The translations under genes and the position numbers were made by a program. A stretch of 64,000 nt of DNA from assembly GCA_964019335.1 (NCBI GenBank), contig OZ025705.1:186001-250000 (forward strand), read 5' to 3'. This document shows positions 52,337 through 64,000 of the stretch, in pieces. The notes under the pieces are model-generated. The model ran no database searches. It was given only the letters and a program-made list of their open reading frames with translations, and was not told where the DNA came from. Source of the stretch: Diplonema japonicum (taxonomy: Eukaryota; Protista; Euglenozoa: Diplonemea). Numbering within the stretch: the first letter of the stretch is position 1; each line of letters begins with the position of its first letter.

Positions 52337-55300
52337 TCATTTCCGGGCAGGACCCTTGTTGGCATAGTCACGGACTTTTGTAATAAGGTAAGGCGGCAGG
52401 AGATTCTCAACCTTTTTTTTTTTTTCTTTTTTTTTTTTTTGTTTCCCTCTCTCGTACCTGTTTCCTGTCGACAGCGGCGTAGTTGCAGAAGGTTTCCAAG
52501 AACAGAATGCAATTGCAGACCTCGATGGGAATAACCTCCTTGTCCTTCTCCTTCATCTTCGCCTGCGCATTCTCAAGCTCGTTCATGACCACCCTGCAGT
52601 ACTGGCAGAGGTACGCCACGAAAACATCCTTCTGCTGCGAGTGGAACTGCTTCAAAATTGTGACCAGCCCAATGATAAAGGGAGCCCCATCCATGGGGTC
52701 TTCCTTCCTCCGCACCACTAGGCAGTCAATTTGTGGATCGTACGCAAACCTCGGCAGAAATGTAATAACGAACAATGCTAGTATAAACGTGAGATGGGTG
52801 ATGGGCTCTGTTGTAATATAAATCTGTGTGTACGGGTTCGACATTCCGCAATTATCCAGGTATTTCGTCAGCTCGGGAAGGATGGGTTTCCTTCCGTTAG
52901 GATAACGATGAGCTTCGGGGTCAATGTAAAACCCATGGATGTCGTTGAGGAGCGCGTCGTTAACAGATGAAAGTGCTGAATGCAGAACCTGGGAGTCAAG
53001 CTTACACGCGAACTGCAATTCCTTTCCGATGTGCTTCCTCAAAAGCTGGCACCTCCCGATCCGCATCACCTTGTCGAGGAACGCCGGCCACAGTTTTGCC
53101 CCAACTTGGTACGCCTCATGGTAGTACATCTTGGCGTCTCTTGGAAGGGATGACACCGGTTGGAAGTGGCGCGACATTTTCTCAATAAGACACTTCTTGT
53201 CCTCCATTGGGAAGTCCCGCTTGATAATCCGGTTTGTTAAAATTTGCAAATCCTTAACAATCATGAACGCGAGGAGCTTATCACATCCGGCCATTCCGGG
53301 AGTTCCAATGGAACTATGCAGCGTTCCGAATGTTTGAAGACAGACAGACGCACGGCCTCGCTCATCGTACCAAGCTGACAGCTGATCGACGTAAACTGTT
53401 CTACGGGAGTCGGTTTGTTTGAGAAGCTCGTTGACAAGCCTTCCCATGAAGTTGACTGTTCGCTCGCCTTCAATGAGAGGAAGCTTCGGGATCGGGATGG
53501 AGAGGGATTGGTACTGCGATTGCCACGAGTATATCTTCTTCGTGAGGTAGTTGTTGGCCTCCATCTCCACATTGAAGTTGATCAACCTGGAGAACTCCTC
53601 CTGCCACAGTTTCAAACCGTACACGTTCATGTAGTCCTGCACGTACTCGAAGGAGGATTTCATTCCTTGAAGCTTCCTCGACAGATGGTCGAGTCTCTGT
53701 TCAAACGTAGGCGCTTTTTTATCTTTCGAATTGAACTGCAGGCTGTTGTGCAGGGTCACCGACAGTCTATCGACAAGCTCTTTACGGACTCCTTCCTCGA
53801 GAAGTTTCTGCGGGTCGATTTGGATCACGCCCATTAGTGTTTTTTCCATCGCGAGGATCCCTTCTGTGAACTTGGAGATGTTGTATGTCGTCTTTGCGAG
53901 GTCGTACCTCTGGTCCAGCTGCGCGAACTCCTTCATCTTGTCACGCGGCAAGCGTGTTGGACATTCTTGCAACACGTTTGTGAGGATTTCAATGATATTC
54001 TTGAGCTCTTCGAACATCGACGACGGGATGATCGCCAAGACCTTTCTCACAAACTCTACAAGGTTGCTTGAGTAAAACTCACTTGCAGATTCGTAGTCAA
54101 GACTCCGCGCTTCCGCGATTCTCGTCAACGGCAGCTCCATCATAGTGGCGAGCTTCAAAAACGTCGATCTGAGCTGCATCACCAGCGAGGGGCTCTTCTT
54201 GATCTTCTGTTGGATCAGCGGTACGTAACCATTAATGACATTCCACCCGTACGAGAAATCGCCCATTGTCGAGACGGTGATCACGACCCGGTCTTCGATG
54301 TTAACGTACCTGATCATCTGCTTCAGGATCGCCCGTGTGTCGAGGAGGAACTGCCTGACCTGTAAATTCGAGTCAACTTGGTGGTATTCCTCCACTTCTA
54401 CCAACGCTTGTATCAGATTCTGAATCTTCCTCCCTGCCTGTGTGCTGTTCTCGTAATCTAAGTCGTCGATTCTGTTGGCGATGTTCTCGAACCACTCTGA
54501 AAGGGTCTCCTCTACTACCTCTGCGGCCAGCGCGCCTTCTCCTCCGAAATGCTGGGATAATTTGTCCATTTTCGACCTCCCGGTCTCCCTGAGCTCGTCC
54601 CATTTCTCGGACTTTGTTTTGATGAGTTCCGTGAACATCTCTTGCAAGAGGTACTCGAGCTGCGAGGTGTTCAGCAGGAGCATCAAAATATCTTCCAAAG
54701 TGACACCTTGTGTTACCAGCGCTTTGAGCTTTTTGTCCTGAGTGGTCTCGTGAAGCATGAACCACCGGAGCGTCACGTTGCAGTTCCTCACACAGGGCAA
54801 CAGCTTCGAGTGGATCTCATCGAGAACGAATTTCTCGTTCAGAACCCCTTCACGAAGGTATTCATTGACCTCTTTCTTCAGATTGTGCAGCCTGTCCACC
54901 ATGCTGCGCTGGTAGTACTCGATGTTGTCCAACGCCATTGTGTTTTGAATGGCGCGGGTTGCCGCCTTGTAAGGAGCCCATCCCACTGTGAGATCGACAG
55001 TGGTCCCCATGTAGTAGGAGATGATCCAGTTGTCAGGGAAGTGCTTGTCGACGATCTCCCTCATCACGGGCTTCGAGTCGTGAAGTATTTTAGGACGGAA
55101 GTAAAGCAGAACGTAAAGCATCCCAGCTTGCGTGGCGAGGGCGGTGGAACGCTGTTCGGGGGCAGGGAAGTTGTAAGACATTTGATAAATGTCGTCAGAT
55201 CGAATTCTACCTATGATCATATCGCAGATGTCCACAGGGATGGGAATACGGGCGAAGTACTCCTCGGGGTACCCCGCGGGCCTCCTTTCCTTCGAGAAAC

Positions 55301-55889
55301 CTGTGTGCCTCATGAGCCTTACAACATCGTCTAGATTTGCTACATTGCTCGATCCCTTGTACCTGAGGTATGAGATGAGCATTCTTTCTCTCACCCTTCC
55401 AGGGATTTTAACATCGATCTGAAGGAGGATCACCCCGTACAGGTACAACGCCTCCGCCATGAGTTGCTTCCCATCCTGATTCACAAGAATGGACTCAAAA
55501 GTTTGTTGGATGTAGAAACCCTCACGGACGTCTTCCTGTTAATGTGTTATATTAGGAGGTTGGAGGGAGTGTCATACCCAGTAGCTCTGCAGGTCTGTGA
55601 TGTACTTCCAAATCGACTCGAATAGAAGGTAGAACCTCTGAAGGATGTCCATGTGTGTTTCTCTGAATTCCTGTGGAGATTTTTTTTTTTTTTTTTTTAA
55701 ATGAGTGGGGTAGCAAACCTCATCTTTCTCCAGTAGAGCAGGGTTGTTCTGGACCTGCCCTTCGCATTTGTCCTCGTCATTCAAGTATGCAAAATCGAAA
55801 ACGAGTCCCGCGTACTCTGATTTTTTCACGTCCAAGAAGACGGGTGGGATGTTCTCTGAGAGTCGGTTTAGTTCTGCGATGATAGAGCT

Positions 55890-55941
<52 letters not shown>

Positions 55942-56025
55942 CGTAGTTCTTCTTCCATACCTCCCTCTCGACACAAGTTTCAACAATTGCTGTCCGCACC
56001 TGTTATCTCCTCCTAAGAAATCCAT
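52337..56025 (-). CDS. WASHC5: Strumpellin / WASH complex subunit 5 (1159 aa; introns 55888-55960, 55671-55718, 55536-55577, 52412-52457)
   Basis: MDFL...N.CGQ.LL.LVSRG.SIIAEL.RLS, GKQLMAEALYLYG, MREIVDKHFPDNW; all four introns keep frame. Confidence 0.95.
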
Positions 56026-57024
56026 GCGATTCTCTTTTTTTTTTTTTCTTCTTTTCCCCTAACTTCCCTCCCACCACCTCCGCCTGTTGTAAAGTCTGGA
56101 TCTATGGAAGAAGAAAAACAAGGCATAATAATCAAAGGGTCACGAGCAAAGAAAGGGGTAGGGTGAGAGTGTCAACGCCAAATGCGGCTTAGACACATTT
56201 CTTTTTTTTTTTTTTTGTGTGAGATTAGGAAAGAAAAGAAGACATTCAGTCTTCAGAGTTTTTTTTTTTTTTTTTTTCTTTTGCGCAAAAAGGGAGGGAA
56301 GGAACGGTCATCGCAAATAAATAAATATAAAAATTTAAAAAAATAAAGAAGAACTGGCCGTTTGTACGCGCCGGGTAGAAGTTTATAAAACCCTTAAACA
56401 CGTGGCCAACGTTCTCCCTTTGTTTAGACAAGTCAAAGACTTGTTTTCGCAAAAAAAAAAAAAAAAAAAAAAAAAACAACAGCAGCAAGCAAAGATTCTT
56501 TTTTTTTTTTTTAGATTATTGATGCTTCTGCAGCTGTAAATAAAAAAGAAATATAAAAAAAAAGAAAACCTTAGCCAATACATGCAATGCCTCTCACCTA
56601 ACAAGGATAAGCTACCGCCTCTAGGGGAAAACAAACTACAAGAATGGCTACAAAAAACAACAAAGAAAAAAACTGTAAAAAAAAGAGAAATACAGAAAGA
56701 AGAAACATGGATACTCACAATTAGCGTGCACCACGAAGGAAAAAAGTGCATTCAGGGTTTCAATATGATCCCCTGTCCATTCTTTTTTTATTCTTTTCTT
56801 CTGCATTTTCCCTCTTTTTTTTTTTTTTTTTTTTTTTCCAGCCCTTTACAGAAAAGGAAAGAAAGAAAAAAATAGAAATAACATACACCCATTGGACAGA
56901 TAGTATGGGGCTGTTGTCAATAACACTTAACCAAAAATATAAAAAAAAAGTAAAAGGAGAGGAGAAAAAAAATTTTTTTTTCTTTTTTTTCCATACAAAA
57001 AGCAAGTACTTGAATGCGCCATGC

Positions 57025-58635
57025 CTAATTGCACGCCCCTGAGGGGTTGTTGGAGCAGGTGCAGTCCTGCTCAGGGCAAACAGCAGGGTCCACAGAATCA
57101 GCGAAGTTCCAACCGACGCAGTGGTAGCAGGTGATGGCATTGAAGGGGTCGTACACCCTCTTCACACCGAGGAGCCTGTTGTAGTTCTCCATGCTGCCCC
57201 AGTAGCGCTCCTTCCAGTCGTTCGACGGGAAGTTGTGCTGCGGCTCGTTCCAGTACACCCAACCGGTCCCCAAGGGGCGGAGCACGGTCTCCCCCCACGA
57301 GTCCATGTCCGCCACAATCTGCTGCTTCTGCTCTACGGTCGCCTCCTCCGCCCACGAGGACACGCACGTCACCTGGATGTCCGCGTTACGCATGGCAGGC
57401 GAGATAGACGTCAGGTCCCCAGTCGGGTCCATCGTCTTCATGGCACCCCCGAGCACCGACGACTGCGTGCAGAACTTCGTGAAGGGCATGGTCTCCGCTT
57501 TGGTCACCCATGCCGTCGTGGCGTTGATGAGGGCCAGGGCGTCCTCCCCCGACACGGAGTTCGACACCGAGTACTGGTTCCCACCGGGAGGGGGCGACAG
57601 GGAGTCCAAAAGGCTGTAGTAGGTGTTTGTGTTGTTCTGCTGGCAGTTCCCCGGGAGCAGCCCCGGCACGCACCCCGGCAGGCCGGACACCTTCGAGATG
57701 TGCTCGTTGCAGTTGTCGCCGTAGCACCAGGTCACCATGAACACGGGGTTCCCAGGGATCGCTCCAAGCGTGAGGTAGTAGCCACCCGCCTCCTTCGGTG
57801 CCACCGAGATGAAGTTGTGGTAAGCTTGCATAATGGCGGTCTGGTGCTCCTCGCCCTGCGGGAAGAACACCCCGAGGAAGCTCGTCACCTTCTGCGGTGT
57901 GGGGTTCAGTCTGAAGGTCATGCTCACGGTGATGCCGTAGGCGGAGCCCCCGCTTCCACGAAGGGACCTGAAGAGCTCGGGGTGATGGTACTCGTTGGCC
58001 GTCACCACGATCCCTGACGCCAGCACCACCTTCATCTCCACCAGGAGGTCCGCACCGAGCCCGTGCATCCTGCTGAGGTAGCCGTGGCCGCCACCTGTTG
58101 CCCACCCGTACGGCCCCACAGTGCTGTCCCCGCCCGTCGCGATGGCGTACGCCTCGTTTGTCTCAGCCTTCACGTACTCGGAGATCTCGCCGAAGGTCTG
58201 CCCGGGGCCCACCCTGATGTGCTTCTCGTCCCCGAAGTCGAAGATCACCTTCTCGTTGAACTCCGTCATCACGATGTGCACAGCGTTGTCAGCGATGTTC
58301 CTGACGTCCATGTGGTGCCCAGTGCTCAGCACAGAGACGCGCATCCCGTGCCACCTTGCGAAGCGCAGCGACTTCTGGATGTCCCTCACGCAGGTAGGGA
58401 ACACCATCATCGCGGGCTGCGGGGTGTTTGTTCTCGTGCTGTACGTGTACGGGGCGTACTCCGAGTCCGTCTTCAGGTGCACCTCCCCGTGGATGTAGTG
58501 CTTGAACCATTTGAACTGAGTGGCCGTTGGCCACCTCCAGTCCCCGGGAAGGCTGTACCTGTAGCCGTCGGAGCCCCAGGCCTCAGTCGGCACGGCGAGG
58601 GCCATCAACAGGGCAGCGAATAGCAAGCTTCTCAT
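57025..58635 (-). CDS. Secreted FAD-linked oxidase, berberine-bridge-enzyme/AA7-like
   Basis: Signal peptide; STGH (FAD-binding His motif), GGGHGYLSRMHGLGAD, LRGSGG..YG, BBE tail YWG..NY.RL..VKR.YDP.N. Confidence 0.9.
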   Translation of the reverse strand: MRSLLFAALLMALAVPTEAWGSDGYRYSLPGDWRWPTATQFKWFKHYIHGEVHLKTDSEYAPYTYSTRTNTPQPAMMVFPTCVRDIQKSLRFARWHGMRVSVLSTGHHMDVRNIADNAVHIVMTEFNEKVIFDFGDEKHIRVGPGQTFGEISEYVKAETNEAYAIATGGDSTVGPYGWATGGGHGYLSRMHGLGADLLVEMKVVLASGIVVTANEYHHPELFRSLRGSGGSAYGITVSMTFRLNPTPQKVTSFLGVFFPQGEEHQTAIMQAYHNFISVAPKEAGGYYLTLGAIPGNPVFMVTWCYGDNCNEHISKVSGLPGCVPGLLPGNCQQNNTNTYYSLLDSLSPPPGGNQYSVSNSVSGEDALALINATTAWVTKAETMPFTKFCTQSSVLGGAMKTMDPTGDLTSISPAMRNADIQVTCVSSWAEEATVEQKQQIVADMDSWGETVLRPLGTGWVYWNEPQHNFPSNDWKERYWGSMENYNRLLGVKRVYDPFNAITCYHCVGWNFADSVDPAVCPEQDCTCSNNPSGACN

Positions 58636-58940
58636 GTTGTTGTAATGTAGAACTGAGTGGTGTTGGAACAAATGATAATGAAAGGAATGGAAAATAAAAC
58701 GAAAGTTGTGGCTGGGAGATGGTCACAAAAAGCGAACAAAGTAGAAATGGGTCTGCGAATCGTGGTTTCACAACAAAAGAAATATGCCGAGAACATGACA
58801 CAACCATCACACATTCATGTGTTGCGGTCGAACAGGCCCTCGGCAGGAACGGGGCAGGGGTGGGGAAATGGGTGGGTCAGAATCGCAACAGAAGGCACAC
58901 TCCTACCGACCGTCGCTACATCCGACATCTTCTACAAAAT

Positions 58941-60293
<1,353 letters not shown>

Positions 60294-60731
60294 TTATTAA
60301 GTTCTGTGTGGTATATGACTTGTTCACGTAATGAGAAAAGAAAAGCAGAGGACGGCGAGTCGATGTATTCAGATCTCGCAAGCAGCACTTCGAGGTAGGT
60401 AAAGGTAGTGATGCTGCAAAGGGGAAACGAAGATTCTGTCTCCCCAACCTGCTGTGTCATTATATAACAGAGAGAGATAAATAAGAAGAGTTCTGCAGCT
60501 GCTCCCATGGAGCGGTATGTAATCTCTTCTTGCTTTCTTTCGAACTTTCTTTTTTTCTCTTTTGCCTTCTCCTTCACATTGTGAAGTGAGAAAAGAAAAA
60601 GGAGGAGAGAGGAGTACTTTTTAATGACCCGCAAGCCACGTTGGGCTGGATATTTTGCTTTTTTCCCCCTTCATTCCTGAGGCACTCCTTCAGAAAGTGA
60701 GATACAGGCAGAAAATGAAAAAATATATATA

Positions 60732-62381
60732 CTGTAAAACGAAAAACTCCCGAACGGAAAAATGTCCGAGTTTTTTTGGCGTCCGGGAATTTTTCCGTCC
60801 GGGAGTTTTTCCGTCCGGGAATTTTTTTTAGGCAAGGCCGTCAGGGGGCCTGGTACCTACATACTGGCCTGGGCTGCAAACGGCAACCGCGCGAAGAAAC
60901 CCCCAGGGTTCCCCTTCTGCATCTTTGTCCTCCCTTGCTGCCCCTGAGGCAATCAGCTTGTCGAGCCTTCGTGTGGCCTACTACCTTTCTTAATAGATGC
61001 TTTACAGCTGCGTTCAACCCAATATCCATCGGTTGAACCATGTAGGTGAGCCCAGGGGGACAAAAGCAATGTGCACGTTTGCGCCTGCGAACCACTCTAC
61101 GAACCCATAGGCATAGGTCGTGTGAGAGTTGTGGTCGCCGACAAGCAGCAGAATCGGCCCGTTCGGCAAAACCATGGGAATCGATGATTTATAGCAAAAA
61201 GGAAGAAACAGCTCCGTAACCCAGATACCGAGTATCATAATTAGCCCAATGATTGGGCGATGCCGTTAGGCTCCATTCGGTGGGCGGGTGCTTGACCGGG
61301 GCATCACCGGATAATCCCTGCCGGTTGCGTTTCCGCTTTGCCTTTGTATTTAACCATCCAGCCAAGGAAACAGCCAGCTGTTCGGTTATAGCCCGTTTTG
61401 TCCCCCAAGCCACGGACTTTTACGACCTTAGCACCCCTTTTTGTTTTGGTTTTTAACCCCGTATTCCAGACCAATTCCGGCCTTACTTTATGGGTGTCGA
61501 TTATGGACCTGAATTCCATGGTGAAACAGCGTGCCTTCTCGTTGTCCTTCTCGTTTCCGGGCTTTCCGGAGGTGGCTTGCGGCTTTTGTCTTTCTTGCTG
61601 CAAAATTTTGTCAGCCTAGCCAGTGGAAAAGGACAGTGTCCCACCAAAGTCTACCAGGTCTGTCTTTCGGGCTGGATTGGCGCACAGCAGCCCTTCTGCA
61701 TAGGTGCATATTTGTTGTGCTGGGATAGGCTCACCAAGCCCGTTTACCTATTGACTCAAGCAAAAATCTTTCAGCCCCCGAAGGATGCTAAATCCCGTAT
61801 TGGGCGATACGCAGCTATCACGGCGTCGCGGCGGCCAGGGTGTGGTAGGGTGGAATAGCAACGTCCAGTATTTCCGTCTGGAAGAAACCGGGGGCTCTGT
61901 TGAACCTGTTGCTGCCGTCTTCTGACCGAGGCAGAGGCCGCCAAGCTGCTTTCGGGGGTTTGTACTGGCCCGGTGTAAGGAGTTTATCTCGGGGGTGAGC
62001 TGGCCGGGGGTGTCAGCACCAAAGTTGGGCCCCTCACAAGCCAGCTGCTCAACGTGCCTTGGGTAGTCGAACTGGTCAATCTGACGAAAGAAGTACGGGT
62101 TTATGAGAAGTTAAAGATCCCGTAGGTGCTGTTTGTTGGTGCATTGAAAGGGGAAGAAAAATTCAAACTGCCACGCAGGGTGACATTTTGGCTCTGCACA
62201 AGGAATAAAGCCCTTCCAGGCAAACGTGGTGGGAGCTGCTACCCCCCTTAAGTAAAAAAACTTCTTCCCAGAAAAACTCCCGGACGGAAAAATGTCCGGG
62301 TTTTTTTGGTGTCCGGGAGTTTTTCCGTCCGGGAGTTTTTCTGTCCGAGAATTTTTCCGTCAGACATTATTCGTTTTACAG
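60732..62381 (-). mobile_element. Decayed pogo/Tc1-mariner-type DNA transposon (1650 bp)
   Basis: TA|CTGTAAAACGAA ... TTCGTTTTACAG|TA terminal inverted repeats; 16-nt subterminal repeats; frameshifted DDE_1 fragments LLLVGDHNSH and PPGLTYMVQPMDIGLNAAVK. Confidence 0.88.
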
Positions 62382-62727
62382 TATATATATATTTTTTTTC
62401 TTGTTTAGAATACAGTCTTTTCGCTTTAATATTCTTATTTTGTTTTTCCTTAAAAAGGGAAGAAGAGGAAGAAGTAAACGTCACACATTTGTCTTCGCTG
62501 CACATTTTTTTCCCCGAATAATCGCACAGCTAGGTAACACAAAAAAAAAACAAGAGGGGGTAGTTAGAATAGAAGGGGGTGATCCATTTGAATATAAACC
62601 CTACGAAAAACGTTAGCATTTTTTTTTTTTTTTTTTTCAAAACTTTTTTTTAACACCTAACATATTGTCGGTGTAAAAGTAGAAAGCGGCACTTTTTCTT
62701 TTTTTTCCTTTTTCCCCCACATTTTGT

Positions 62728-64000
62728 TTAAAGCGCATGAACCAGGACTTGCATCCCGTTTGAATCATTCTGCCAAGTCACAGAGTTCATGAGGGTGGGC
62801 TTGAAACCAGGCTTAGCTGTGAACCTGAAGTGAGCAAAGATGGTAAGAAGCGCCGTCTTCCCCTCAAGGATGGCCATATTCTTCCCAAGGCACAGACGGG
62901 GGCCTGCGTTGAAGGTATTGTACACATAGTCGTCATAAGCCTTCCCCTCCATCCAGCGTGTTGGGTTGAACTCCTCAGCGTCCTCACCAAAGTAGTCCTT
63001 TCTCCTGTTCGTTGCCATGGTAGCCCAGTGGATGTAGGTGCCCTTGGTGGCTGTTGCACCTGAAGGGAAAGTTACATCCTTTACAGCAATTTTCTCATTC
63101 CCGGGAACGGAAGGGTTGAGCCTCAACGCCTCCAAGAAGACAGCCTCTGCAACAGGGGATTTTCCTTCAATATCGTCGAAGGTAAGAGCTTCTTGAGTGT
63201 TCCCCCCAAAGCATGTCTTTGCTTCCTCGGCAAGCTTGTCCTGCCATTCAGGATGCTGCACCAGGTATTCAACACAGGATGTCAGTGCTGAACCTGTCGT
63301 GTCCCGTCCTGCAATGACAGTGTTGAGGATCATGTCGCGAAGGAACTTTCTGTCGTACTTCTTGCCCTCCTCCTTGGCGGCCTCGAGGAAGAGCCCTGTC
63401 ATGGTCTGGTCGCCCTGCAGGGCATCGTCTCTGATGTTCCCTTCCTCGTCGTAGTACCCGTCCACAACTTCGTTTACATATACGTTTATGCGGGAAATGT
63501 GTTCGGCGGTGTCGCGTTCGCTTTGAGTCAGTCCGAAAGCGGAGTTGATCCACCACCATGGTGCGATGAAGCGGTTCACCACAGAGGCTTGCACGGAGTC
63601 GAAGGACTGCTGGAAACTGCAGTCTTTTTCAACACCCTTCAAAGAGTTTACATTTCTGTTGAAAGCGATCATGTTGATGCAGTCGAAAGTGTAGCAGTAG
63701 AACAACGGTTGGATGTTGTAAGGCACACCGGACGACGCTGCGTCTCGTAGGATCTGAACCATTTCTTGCGCGTGGTTCCCGAAGGTGGTGGACATCCTGT
63801 CGCGCAGCTGTCTTCTGTTGAACATGTGCGCCATCGTGATGCGTTGTTCCTTCCATTTGTCGCCGTTAGTGTTGAAGATGCCGTCGCCGAGGAGGCTGTA
63901 GAATATATCGATGAAGCACTTGGCTTTCATAAACGCGTTGAACTCGTCCTTCAGCATGAACTTAATGTCGTCGGGGTGGTTGATGACGATGGCGGTCTTC
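62728..64000 (-). CDS. Cytochrome P450 (CYP86/704-like by motif), 5' end beyond the window
   Basis: LLGDGIFN.NG..WK, AGRDTT, EALRL, FNPTRW, heme motif FNAGPRLCLG. Confidence 0.95.
   Translation of the reverse strand, partial: KTAIVINHPDDIKFMLKDEFNAFMKAKCFIDIFYSLLGDGIFNTNGDKWKEQRITMAHMFNRRQLRDRMSTTFGNHAQEMVQILRDAASSGVPYNIQPLFYCYTFDCINMIAFNRNVNSLKGVEKDCSFQQSFDSVQASVVNRFIAPWWWINSAFGLTQSERDTAEHISRINVYVNEVVDGYYDEEGNIRDDALQGDQTMTGLFLEAAKEEGKKYDRKFLRDMILNTVIAGRDTTGSALTSCVEYLVQHPEWQDKLAEEAKTCFGGNTQEALTFDDIEGKSPVAEAVFLEALRLNPSVPGNEKIAVKDVTFPSGATATKGTYIHWATMATNRRKDYFGEDAEEFNPTRWMEGKAYDDYVYNTFNAGPRLCLGKNMAILEGKTALLTIFAHFRFTAKPGFKPTLMNSVTWQNDSNGMQVLVHAL

Noticed and set aside
60741-60829. Short repeat arrays resembling CRISPR
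   Set aside because: No unique spacers or cas genes; these are transposon subterminal repeats in a eukaryote.

Overview
Eukaryotic nuclear DNA from a euglenozoan. KMP-11 and a cruzipain-type cathepsin together with many short cis-introns suggest a diplonemid rather than a trypanosomatid (inference). All about 30 supportable genes lie on the minus strand, consistent with one directional (polycistronic) cluster. The left ~27 kb is a rearranged accessory region: a Cys-repeat secreted protein, a probable decayed retroelement, a truncated beta-tubulin, and a duplicated block of KMP-11, GbpA/CBP21-like AA10 LPMO and a bacterial-type Cys-GST flanking an LVIVD protein and a cathepsin L. The middle holds conserved housekeeping and flagellar genes: DnaJ, mitochondrial carrier, K2P channel, tetraspanin, GT90, CFAP300, SOS1-like Na+/H+ exchanger, TBC1D31 and strumpellin. 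Further right are a GH18 chitinase, an AA7/BBE-like oxidase, intact beta-tubulin, a decayed pogo-like transposon and a CYP. The best candidate for a new system is a modular secreted chitin-attack toolkit built from shared Cys modules (3 LPMOs, GH18, a two-headed non-catalytic binder, possibly the oxidase). Other leads are a covarying 3'-UTR hairpin shared by unrelated accessory genes and very short GTATG introns carrying A-tracts instead of polypyrimidine tracts. All family calls come from motif recognition by eye; no searches were run.
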